From: Paragordius varius
Taxonomy: Eukaryota; Animalia; Nematomorpha
NCBI GenBank assembly: GCA_964247055.1
Contig: OZ176054.1
Location: 11,594,001-11,658,000 of the forward strand
Length of the DNA: 64,000 bases
Direction of reading: 5' to 3'
Under the pieces are notes generated by a model. The model was given only the letters and a program-made list of their open reading frames with translations. It ran no database searches and was not told the origin of the DNA. This document shows, one piece after another, positions 52,176 to 64,000 of the stretch. A program made the translations under genes and the position numbers. The stretch's first letter is position 1, and every line of letters starts with the position of its first letter.

Positions 52176-52576
52176 TTAAGGGTAAAATTAAAGCTAATTT
52201 TTGATTTAAACTACATCTAAAATTGATAGAAATAGAAAAAGTGGTTTATTTTGTATTATTTTTCAATTTTACTATTGCAGACATGTCACGTTGTCTAAAT
52301 TTTTACCTTTCGGTTAGCTTAAAATAATTATTATCAAGTATTTTTAAATAAATATTTTGTATATATTTCGGTTTATTTATGTTATATAAGTGCAAAACTT
52401 TGCCAAGGTTTCGATTCCCTCTATACCTTTTAAAGAGTTTAATTCTAAACAAACCTGGGTTATTTAACTACCCCAATTTGAATCGAAGGACTAAAATGAG
52501 TGTGTTGTATCCAAGTGTTAACCAAACAAGAACGTACAGTCCATTTCAGCACATTCATATATAGCACACTATTGAG

Positions 52577-55500
52577 ATGGATGCAGAGTTATACGATGAA
52601 TTCGGCAACTATGTTGGGCCCGATTTTGAAAGCGATAGTGATGAAGAAAGAACGTTTGATCACAAAGATAATCAGGCTTATAATTTGGCACGTAGTGAAA
52701 TAGATGAAGAGGAACGAGAAGTAAATACGCCCTTTTTTAAACATTCCGTTTTTATTAGGATGAAAATATGGCTATTGAACCCTTAGATGGTGAAGTTGTT
52801 AGTAATCAAGTGGTATTACATGAAGACAAAAAATATTATCCAACCGCCCTTGAAATATATGGGCCTGATGTGGAGACGGTTGTTCAAGAGGAAGATACCC
52901 AAGCTCTTACTGGTGATTCACATATTATTTTAATGTTTGAAATTCAATTTTACCCTTTACATTACAACATTGATACCCCTGAGCACATATAAATTTTATC
53001 CTTGGCAAATTTTTTTCCGTCTAAATATTGCAATATTGGATATTTAATTTTGGCACTTTTTAATATTTTTGAAACATAAATTTTTTTTAAACTCTTATTT
53101 TACGCAATTTACTGGGTTTGAGCGCATCATCATCCTTTTTGAGAACTATTTTTATATAAATTAATTACTATAACCTTATTATTAAGTTATGTTATTCATA
53201 CATAACTGCTCTTTATTATAAAAATTTATTTTAATGAATAATACATGATAATTATTCCCCCTATATAAGACAAGACTGCTGTTTGTTTAATAACTTTATT
53301 TGATGCATTTTAGAGCCCATCATCGCACCTGTTAAAGTTAAAAAATTTGCAATGACAGAACAAACACTCCCTGAAACAACTTATGATATAGAGTAAGTCT
53401 TGAATGTCTTTTACAATTACTAATACAAAATTATAAAGACAAAATGTAAAATTTAACGGACAAATATTGTTTTATAAAAATACCGCCAAATTTATTTAAA
53501 CCTGTCGTTTTTTATATACTATTATATGATTACAATTATGAAATATATATATATATATTATAGTTCCAAGTTGCATCTCTATTCTTCCTTATTTTGCAAT
53601 CCAAAACGATAAGTTGCATTTTTATAAAATTTTGGTGAAAAGCGCCAGAATAAAAATAAAATAATATTTATTAATTTTAGCTATCTGTAAAAAATGGTCT
53701 TTAATAATTTTAAATCCATTAAAATTCGTTGTATTTTAATGAAGATGGTTGTCCTTATAAATATTTATCTTTTAAATTTTTGTCTTTATAAAATTTCAAC
53801 CTTTTTATTTTATTTTACTTATTTAAATTCACGTGATAGATATTTGGCTGATTTGATGGATTCTCCAGCTTTGATTCGGAATGTCGCTTTAGCCGGTCAT
53901 TTGGCACATGGAAAAGTTTTTTATGGATTTTTTTTTAAATTAAAAATATTATTTTTTGATATTTTTTAGTTTCTGAAAATAAGTAATATCTATTGATTTT
54001 TATGCAAGTTCAAAAAATAAATAAAACATATATGATTATCAAATAGTTTTGATAATTTATTTTTATGTAATATGCATATTGAATTTAAGTTCGTTGTGTT
54101 TAATAAAATTTTCTTAATAAATTTTTTAAGTACTAATTTGCTGATGTTGTTAACATTTAAATATCTTAAATATAATATACTAATTCAACCTAATCTCTAA
54201 TTTTATATCTGTCATAGACAACCTTTATTGATTGTTTGATTGAACAAACGCACCCTGAATACTATTATGATACAGAAAAAGAGGTTTTTTTGTGAAATTT
54301 TATAAATATTTTTCTTAAACAAAATGATTATATAATACAGATTTAGTTTTAAAATTGGTTTTTAACCGGTTGAAAAATAATACGCATTGTCCGCTAATGA
54401 ATTATATATATAGATGAAAACTGATATAATTTAGTTGTAATTAAAACGTAAATAAAATTATCCATAAAATTTATTTTTTGTTGTATTACAGTATGCATTT
54501 TAATGGTTGCTTATTTCACAGTCTAGTATAGTAGGGGGCAATTTTCCTTGCACAGTAGTGTATGGAAAAAACAAAAAAAAATGGTGAATAAATAATTTTT
54601 TTTCTTTAATTTTTCCATATAAAGTCCTGTATTGCAAATTGTCCCATACTCTATAGTACGTGAAATAAGCAACATATAAGAATTAATTAAATAACTTGAT
54701 TGATAAAAATTGGGGGATATGACAATTTTATTTTTTAATTAAGTTAAAGTTTTACATGAATATTTCTTCATTTATATTATTGTATTAATTTTTTTGAGCA
54801 AAAATTATTAACTGGTTTAACTCCAATTCAATATTATTAATTTATTTTTTATTAAATTTTATTATTTTACCGTTATTTAGATGCGATACACAGATACCCT
54901 AGTTACTGAACAGGAAGTAAGTTTCACAATTGTTTTAATTTATAGTTATTTATTTTGAAATAGAATTGGTTTAAATAATTTAAGCGTTAATTTTTAATGG
55001 CAAAATATATGGCATACGGCCAGTAAAAAATATTAAATTAAAAATTAAAGTTAATGTTAAAGTCTAATTACTTTATATATACGACCATATTTTTAAATTA
55101 TATTATCGTTTTGGGATTTCAATCCAAATAAGGAGTTTACGTTTTTATAATTATAATTTTCTAATTTTATTGTAATTTATAATTAACTATTTTTTTATCT
55201 AATCATTAGAGAGCAGTTAGTATAAAATCAACACCAGTATCTTTAGTCTTACAAGATGTGAGGGAAAAATCATACCTAATGAATTTATATGATACTCCTG
55301 GTAAGAGATTTTTCACTTTGTGGTTAATAATATGAAATATTTTCTTATAAGTTATGTTGATTAATGAAATTTTTTTATATTTATAAAGTATAATAGATTG
55401 AATTTCAAAAAAAAGTTAATAATAATTTTTAATGCTTATATACTTGAGTTATATGATAGTTGGGGTTAATTTTACATTCAATAACGTTACGTTATAATAT

Positions 55501-57233
55501 TTAAGGTTCTGATAACATGGGGTTTAATAATTATAACTTTTTTATTGTTAAATATTTTATTGGCATATTATCAAAAAAATAAAAAATTTAAATTTTATGG
55601 CTTACCCTTATTAAGATAAAAAAAAGAATAAATATTTATTATTAATTAATGTTATTATCCATAGGTCATGTTAATTTTTCTGACGAAGTTACTGCGGCCT
55701 ATAGAATATGTGATGGTATATGTTTAGTGGTCGATGTTTCTGAAGGGGTATTTTTTAATTTATATATTTATATCTTTAAATTTAACTTAATATGTCACAT
55801 AACTTTAATTAATATGTGATTATTTTATGTTTTTAAATATATATATATTAATTAACCTAAAGTTAAAATTTTATGGAATAAAAATTTAATTAAATCTTTT
55901 ATCTACATTATGTCAAGATTAGGGTTTTTTCATCTATAAAATTAATAACAGTTAAAAGTAAAATTAAACATATGAATTCGCGGTCGAAGCATATTTATAT
56001 ATTTTTTTATGATAAAATTTGAATATAAAAATTTAATTTAATTTTTTCAATGTATGTTATAAATACAGAACGCATATTACATGCAATTCAAGAGGAATTA
56101 GTCTAAACTCTTTATATTAATAAAATTGATTCACAAAATATACTATTAAATTAAATTTAAAAATGATTTTTTACCATATATTTTTTTCAATTTTTTTGCT
56201 CGTGTGCAATGAACGCAGAATTACAGTATGCCATTTAATGTTGCTTATTTCACACTATAGTTGGCCAATTCGCAACACAGTAATATATGGGAAATACTAT
56301 AAAATGTTGAATAAACAATTGATTCCTTTCTCATACATTACTTTGTTTATTTTATTCAGTATTTTATAGTTTTTTTCCATACACTACTGTGTTTCAAATT
56401 TTCCAACTATACTGTAAAATAAGCTCAACGTTTAAATGGCGTGCATCCTGTAAAACGTATCTTTATTAAATACTAAAAAAATCGAAAATAGAGAAAAAGA
56501 CAACATTTTTTTATTTGATTTGATTTTTATACTACTACAAAATTTCATTTTTTTCCCCTCATATAGTGTATGCTTAACACAGAACGGTTATTGAAACATG
56601 CCATTCAAGAGGGGCTAGCCCTTACCCTTTGTATAAATAAAATTGTTTCAAAAAATACCATTTAATTAAATATTAAATATAAAAATAATGCAATAATAAT
56701 ACCTAATATTTTTCACATTCATTACTTGCTGTATTTTTAAAACATTCCTAATTTGTATGTTAAACACAATCAAAGCGAATCATATTTTTATCAAATATGT
56801 TATATTACTAAAAAACGCTAAATTTAATTCAACAAAATTTTTTTTTTAACTTACTCAAACTCATAAAAAAATTTTCCCTCATATAGTGTATGCTTAACAC
56901 TGAGCGGTTATTGAAACATGCAATTCAAGAGGGGCTAGCCCTTACCCTTTGCATAAATAAGATTGATCGATTAGTTTTGGAACTTAAATTGCCACCGGCT
57001 GATGCCTATTTCAAGATTCGCCATGTCATTGATGAATTGAACAATCTTATAGCACTTTACAGTGATTCATCTGTCCAACATACTATACCTGGCTCTACTG
57101 ATTTAACTTCAGTAAGTGTTTTTTTTTGCTTTTTGGGGCGTTTTAAATTTTAAAATTTGCATGAAAATTTCCATGGAATTTTGCTTTAAATAATGTCTAT
57201 AACAAAATGGGGGCATTAATTTAGTTTTTGGAA

Positions 57234-57301
<68 letters not shown>

Positions 57302-60300
57302 TATAATATTATATTATATACGTTAAAAAATATAATGTAACAAGGGGAAGATTTTAAATATTGATATCTCTTGTAAAAAAATATATATTTATTAGAATTT
57401 ATTTATTTTTGTTTTTTAAACTTGTTTATTTTTCACGCATAATAAAAGTGTGATTAAGCGTTATGCATTGACAATTGTACTATCTAAACTGGATAGATAC
57501 GGCACGTAAACTGTGTATACCATTTTTTGGTCAAAAGTAACTTTTTTTACCAAACGCAACATATTTTTAAGCAAACATACCATTTTTTAACTAAACGGAA
57601 CTAAAAATGTTGTGTTTGCTTGAAAAAATTTTTTTGCTTGAAAAAATTTCTTTGAAAAAATGCTGTATTTATTTGAAAAAATGTTGTTTTTGATTGAAAA
57701 AATGTTGTCATTGCTTGAAAAATGTTGTCTTTGTTTACAAAAAATCTTGTCTTTGCTTGAAAAAATGTTGTCTTTGCTTCAAAAAATGTTGTCATTGCTT
57801 GAAAAAATTTTGTCACTGCTTGAAAAAATATTGCCTTTGCTTGAAACAATGTTGCGTCTTGAAAAAATGTTGTGTTTGATTGAAAAAAAAGTTTTTGTTT
57901 TTGACTTAAAAATTATGTATTTACTAATTTATTTATTCTCTTTGTATGTTTAATATAATATTTTTTTTCATTCCAATTTGTTTTGTAGACAACTCCATAT
58001 TTTTCACCACTTTTGGGTAATGTGTGTTTTGCTTCAACGCGATATGGCTTTTGTTTTACCCTTAAATCATTTGCTAAACTTTACACTAAATACTATGGTA
58101 GGTATTTTTTTAAATTTGCAATTACGAAATTAATTATTTTTTGAAATGCTTTAGATTCTTTTGAGAATTTTTAATTAGTTTTGAAAGATTTGAATTATTA
58201 GTTTTTTTAGTTAACACTTTAAAACGGTTCCCTGAACAAAAATTCACCCTAAAATAAATTATGTATTTTATATAAATTAAAAAAATACCTATAATTTTAT
58301 ATATGTTTAAAATATAAAATTTTGTTTAAAATTAAGATATTACTGAAAAAATAATAAACTCTGACATAAAATATATTTCTTATTAATGATGCATTAGGAA
58401 TTTGAATTGTAAATGGTATTATCTTTTAAAAAATAGTACCGAATAAAATTTTTGCTCAAATAGTAACTTATAATTTATATGGATGGAAATTTTTTCTTTT
58501 TGAGATTTTCAAATCAAAGTAGTACCCTACTTTTTAACACAATTTTTTTTAGAAACCTTAAGTAAATATTTTTACGGAAATTTTTTTTAAACCCAGAATA
58601 TTTATAAAAAAGTGGTTTCGTTTATATGGGACATTTTATTTCAAATTATATTTTTATATAAAATATTTTTTATATTTAGCATCCAACGCAGTGAATGAAA
58701 AAGATTTTGCTAATCTACTTTGGGGTGATGTATATTTCGATGCAACAAAGTATGCTGTTATATTATAATTATTATTTGTTATATATAAATCAATTTGTTG
58801 ATGTTTTTATAAACTTTTATTGTTATTTATTATATATAAATCAAGTTTTTTGCCAAAATAATTAATAGTAAAATTTATATTTACTCTTAAAATATGATAA
58901 TATGGATTCATTTATTTATTAATTACGCCATTAATTTTATGATCTAATTTATATAATTATGGAAAAAAAATCTTTCTTTCAGATTATAACATACATTCAC
59001 CAAAATTATGTTTTTATATTTAATCAAAAAAAAATTAATATGATATTTTTATTCTTTGCGCTAAAAAATAAATATTTTTAAATCTATTTTTTTGCAGACG
59101 AAAATTTGACAAAAAACCGCCGGTTGCAAATGCCCCGCGTAGTTTTGTGGAATTTGTATTGGAACCTATGTATAAAATTATGGCTCAGGTATATAAAATT
59201 AGTATTTATAATAATTTAATATTTTTTAAATTTATTTAATTTTGGAAATTTGCAAATGATTTCACAAATATTATTTTTTTATAATACATTTACATAAAGT
59301 AAAATCAGATTTTGATAAAATAAAAAGTGAATGAATTTATAAAAAATTATTTTGATTTTACCCATATTTTTGATCCTTAATTCATTATTTATACCTATAT
59401 GATTACGCTTTTAAATTATGAGATTTGGATACATTTTAATACTAAAACAATCACTTAATTTATAACACTGTAATTTAAATCAAATAAGTAACATATAAAA
59501 AAATTAGCGTTTCAACATTTATATAGAATATAACTTTTATAATTGGGTATATCTTTAGCTATAAAAAACTTGAATTCATCTCAAAAAACAATTTTTTTTA
59601 AATACTTTTTGAGTTATTATTGAAATTTCACGTTTTTATTTTGACTTATCTATTTTAGATTGTAGGCGATGTCGATACCAGCCTTCAAACTGTCATCAGT
59701 GAATTGGGAATTAAATTAACCCGACAGGAATGTCGTCTTAATATTGTCCCACTTTTGCGTTTGGTGTGTCGCAAATTTTTTGGACCTTTCAATGGTTTAT
59801 CATATATATTATTAAAAAATAATCTCTTGAGTTTGAAAAAATCCAAGATTAACTGTGATAGTGGAAGGAATACAAATCTGGATAAGAATATATTTAACTT
59901 TATTTTTTGAATTAACCTTTGATTTAATTACACTAGACAACAAATTTTAACTTTTTTTAACTGCCATTCTTGTAAATTTAAAATTTATTTCATTAAAGTA
60001 CATAATTAGTATATCTGAAAAGAAAATTGGTCTAGCATGGAAGAATTTTTTTATATTAGAGTTTATCGATAATTTTTGGCCCCGATTTAACATTAAACTC
60101 GAAATTTCGAAAATTTAAAGTTTTAGATATGAAGCCATGTATTTTATATCATTCGAAAGAGCGCAAAAAACTGCATCTTTTAAATGGTAGTAAGTCATTT
60201 AAATCAATCGGATGTAAAAGTTATTTGGTATTTAAATGGTCGAAATTTTCAATCCTTAAATAAGTCAAGAATTTTCACAGACAAACTAATTTGAAAATCA

Positions 60301-63300
60301 TATAAATTATTTTAATATAATTATTAGGGTTATATTAGTCTTTAATTTAAAAAAATGTTTGGAAAAGCTTTTGGTTTGCTTTTTTAATAAAAATTATTAT
60401 TATCATAAATATTTTACCTAGTGGATACTAAAATGCATAGTTATAACTGAAAATTTATTACATAATGGCTATAAAAGATCAAAAATACCTTAAACTTTGT
60501 TTTTATCTTTAAATTTTCGAAATTATCAGCCTTGTAAAGAAAATAAATTAATATTAATGAGATGGTAATTTTTAAAAAACAAAAAACTTAAAAATGGCTG
60601 TTTTGAGTGACATAAAAGCAATAAAAAATGTTTTAATCAAAAAAAACTTTCTTGTGTTATCTTTTTTGGACATTCATCACCATCTAAACAAAGTTTGAGC
60701 TATTTTCATCCATTAGTTTTAAAAATATAATAATTAAAAATGCTCTCGCTTCGCGCGTTTGTCGCTCTTTGTGTCCAATATTAAGTGTCGATGTAATACA
60801 TATTAGTATACATTTTATAGAGTTTTTAATACTCTTTCGAATGATATATTACAAATGGGCATTACTTGTATATTTTCAAAGAAAAACATTTTTTAGTAAA
60901 ATTTTGATAAAGAGGGCGCATAATCAAAAAAATCAAATTATACAAAATTCTTCCAACGAGTTATAATTTTTATTTCAGATTTACCGTATTGATATTAAAT
61001 ATCAAAAAATGCAAAAAACTCGAGTGGCAGAAAAATTTGTTGTCTAGTGATTATTAAAGAAAGCAATACCAAATTTTTATTAAAATATAAAGTGTAAATG
61101 CATTAATAATTATGCAATTATTTCGCATTTTAAAGTCAAAATTTGAATTTTAAAAATTCATACGTTATCTCCGCATCATGACACCCTTTTTAAATAAATG
61201 GATAAAACAAATTAAAAAATTTAGATTGAAATATTAAATAAATGTTGAATTTTAACATCTAATATATATAATAATTTGAAAAATCGGAATAGTACCATGA
61301 TATAAATAATTAGTTTATAGGCACTTTATTTAATAATCTCTTTTCTAAAAATTTATATATATATATAATTTTATAAAAAAAACGAAATGAAATAAAAAAA
61401 AATTCAAATCTTTTGCGGTATATTATAAAATTTATATATTTTAGGGTTTGTGGATATGTGTGCTAATCATATCCCCTCCCCCATTGAAAATGCAAGACGT
61501 AAAATTGAACATACATATACTGGTCCAATGGTGTCACAAATTGCTAAGGCTATGATAGATTGTGATCCACAGGTATGAAATAAAATTTTTAAATTATTGT
61601 GATAAAATTTTGAAAGAAAAATGTGCTTTTTAAATAAATTTTATAAGGAAAAAAATTAAAAAGATTGACTAGATTTTGGTTTCTTTTTGGTTTTTTTACA
61701 AAAACATTAATGTAATAGAAATTTTTTAAGCTTTTATCATCGTGATTTTTTTATAACAATTACGACGATGATATAAAAAAGCCAAAACATATTCAAAAGT
61801 GATGAAACTCTCTCTGTATATATTATAAACTTTGAATGAGTTTTTGAGCATTCATATTGAAGTATATATATATATATTAACATAAATTTTGCAATTCATA
61901 ATTTGATACCTTGTTTCTAACATAAAACGAAACGACACTTGATTCTAAATAAAAAAATAATTTTTTTCTAAAGAAATCGAATCAAAAAAATATAAGTATA
62001 TATTAATTGAAATGGAATATATTATTTAATACATCGATCCATTTTTTACGAGTAAACAAACTCAAAAATACTAAATTAAAAATGGTATCAAATCATCCAA
62101 AGATGGAAAAAAACTTGATCATAAAATTTGTTTTTATTAAAGTTATATAAGTATAATGTATAAGTTTTTCAATAAAATAATAAATTTTTATGTGGTTAAA
62201 ATGCAATTGTATTCATTTTAAAACGATTATTCTTGTGTTTAGGGTCCCTTAATGATTCATACGGTAAAACTTTACCCTACGCCAGATGCGACGACATTCC
62301 ACGTTTTTGGGCGAATACTGAGTGGAACCCTTCAGGCCTCAACTTACATTACAGATCAGAATGGAATGCTTCTGCACAATGAAAATACATTTACCACGAG
62401 CCAACAAAAAGTTTCTTTTTAGATATTTTTTAGTAAAATGAATTTTTGAAAATTTTGGTTTTTTAAAATGCTATTTGGGAAAAAAATTGATTTATATTGT
62501 TATAAAATTGAATGTTGGAATAGAAATAAATTGATTATATAGTACAGTAGTTTTATCTTTTATAAACCCTCACTGCCTTTGAAAGGAGATTTTTTCAATG
62601 TAGAATACTGATCTAAGTTTTAGGCACTTTTTAACTATATAAAAAGGTATTAGTACTTTAGTTAAAGTTGTCTATATCTTTATTATGGTTTAACCATTTT
62701 TAAATGTTTAATTATCCGTTTTATCAAAATATATCTATAATAATATACAATATAACATTATTATAAAACTTGATATATATAATAATTCGACTTAAAAAAC
62801 TTTTTTTATATAATATTTTGTATTGCAGGTAAAAATTTTGGGTGAAAATTATACGCCCGAAGATGAGGAAGACAGTCGTATATGTAAAGTTGGACGGGTC
62901 TGGATTAATGAAGCCAGGTTAAAATTCATTTTTTTGTTAAATGTTTAAGATTCATGTAATGAATAAAAATATTTTAGTCACAGTTTTTTAAAATTACACA
63001 TTTTATTATGCGCTATTGTATTATTGGTAATTATAGTATTTTTAATTAACAAAATTGACAGAATTCCGCATTATATATTATTATATTTATTTAGAATTAT
63101 GCTAAAATGTGTATATGATAAAAATATAAATTTTAATTTTTGACTTTTATGTAAATATTTTTATCATATACGCATTTTAGCTTAATTCTAAATAAATCTT
63201 TAATTTATTAATGCTTTTTTTTACAAAAAAATTATAATACTTTTCTCGTATGAAGTTTGAATTCTTTGGCCAGTTATTTTAACTGATTCTCAACTCAAGA

Positions 63301-63313
63301 TATAAATATCGCT

Positions 63314-63380
<67 letters not shown>

Positions 63381-63520
63381 TTTATTTTTTCGATTTTCTT
63401 TAAAAAAGATATAAGATTGAAATCAACCGAGCCTGTGCTGGTAATTGGGTTCTGATAGAAGGGATTGATCAACCTATCGTTAAAACTGCAACCATAACTG
63501 ATCTCAATTTACAAGAAGAT
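52577..63520 (+). CDS. EFTUD2: U5 snRNP 116-kDa GTPase (Snu114), 5' part (17 exons in the window, gene continues)
   Basis: Exons: 52577-52720, 52759-52912, 53314-53392, 53840-53915, 54218-54283, 54881-54916, 55210-55300, 55665-55747, 56887-57111, 57989-58097, 58680-58749, 59098-59188, 59659-59794, 61445-61572, 62243-62410, 62829-62917, 63409-63520. Phases are consistent. Diagnostic peptides: [60 protein letters not shown] and [12 protein letters not shown]. Confidence 0.96.
54489..54673. mobile_element. Tc1/mariner-type MITE (30198 family), right end degraded
   Basis: Starts TA|CAGTATGCATTTTAATGGTTGC, and an inverted tgaaataagcaac closes it. Confidence 0.65.
56224..56450. mobile_element. Tc1/mariner-type MITE (30198 family)
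   Basis: TA|CAGTATGCCATTTAATG ... tttaaatggcgtgcatcctg|TA. Confidence 0.62.
57237..57297. repeat. (AT)n microsatellite
   Basis: About 30 AT units. Shorter or interrupted tracts also occur at ~11066, ~17013, ~32955, ~35830 and ~38410. Confidence 0.95.
57619..57890. repeat. 21-bp minisatellite (TTGAAAAAATGTTGTCTTTGC-like, ~13 units) in an EFTUD2 intron
   Basis: Directly visible tandem units, and the source of the spurious ORFs on both strands. Confidence 0.9.
63317..63373. repeat. (AT)n microsatellite just upstream of an EFTUD2 acceptor
   Basis: About 28 AT units ending 35 bp before the exon at 63409. Confidence 0.95.
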
Positions 63521-64000
63521 GTATGTTATTAATTTTTTTTTATTTTATAGAATGGCATTCCGGAATTATAAAATTTTTTGCGTCTGATTTTTTATAGGTT
63601 TAAATTTTAGTTTCTTAAATTATTTTTCATTATTTTTTTGTGTTGGATCCATTATGTATCAAAAAGTATGGATATAACTTTTTAGGGGTTCTTAAATTAC
63701 ATTTAAACAATCTTTTTTTACCAAAAAAAAAGGATTTTAATTTTAAAGAATTTTTTATTGTATAAATAAATTTATATCACCATTGTTTTAATTCATTATT
63801 TCATTTTTATATCCCAGTTTATTATTTAAATTATAATGATAATAAAATCATTTAAAAAAATAAATATCGAAATCGTAAAATTTGACGTATGCTAGCTACA
63901 CATTTTCGACAAAATAATCAAACAGAAATTATATTTATTTTTTTAACATATACCTACCTACCTTATAACATGAAAAAAAAAATCATTAAGGTTAAAAATG

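Larger units (their letters stand above)
51000..52517 (+). mobile_element. family-A MITE host copy containing two nested family-A insertions
   Basis: Removing 51085-51440 and 51596-52175, plus one TTAA for each, restores a 574-bp copy colinear with 2649-3219. Confidence 0.88.

Noticed and set aside
2649-52517. Recurrent palindromic GGGGTA..TACCCC repeats considered as a CRISPR- or REP-like system
   Set aside because: They are the termini of dispersed TTAA-flanked MITEs. There is no regular repeat-spacer array or cas gene, and the context is eukaryotic.
57601-57953. Leu-heptad (LLEKMLS)n ORF and overlapping Cys/Lys and Phe/Thr ORFs
   Set aside because: They are by-products of a 21-bp minisatellite inside an EFTUD2 intron. 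The flanking exons join in frame without them.
60040-60760. Transposon-like intronic sequence with a GC-rich end (gctctcgcttcgcgcg)
   Set aside because: I could not define TIRs, a TSD or a second copy, so it is unclassifiable from this window.

Overview
Very AT-rich eukaryotic (animal) genomic DNA that is intron-rich and dense in transposons. There are no prokaryotic features and no CRISPR array. In order, the window holds: the open 3' end of a large Asn/Ser-rich orphan ORF (1-2430); a tRNA-Gly(GCC); a ~160/320-bp satellite; an 18-exon UFL1 gene (9084-19163); a 6.2-kb scrambled Ty3/Gypsy block (20096-26321); a multi-exon ADAMTS-like reprolysin that lacks thrombospondin repeats (29967-40861); a 4-exon Rap1 on the minus strand (43190-47775); and the first 17 exons of EFTUD2/Snu114 (from 52577, continuing past the window). 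Introns and spacers carry piggyBac-like, Tc1/mariner-like, hAT-like and foldback MITEs, plus mariner and RTE remnants. Gene models were spliced and translated by eye, and comparisons with human proteins are from memory. The most notable observations are: two frame-required introns of only 22 and 25 nt; a duplicated 19-nt micro-exon in Rap1 and repeated exon-start duplications in EFTUD2 (possible intron gain in progress); a Gypsy composite bracketed by a 17-bp direct repeat that contains an inverted gag pair; and a doubly self-nested piggyBac MITE ending 59 bp before the EFTUD2 ATG. The tiny introns and base composition suggest a reduced parasitic animal (myxozoan, orthonectid or dicyemid). That is an inference only.
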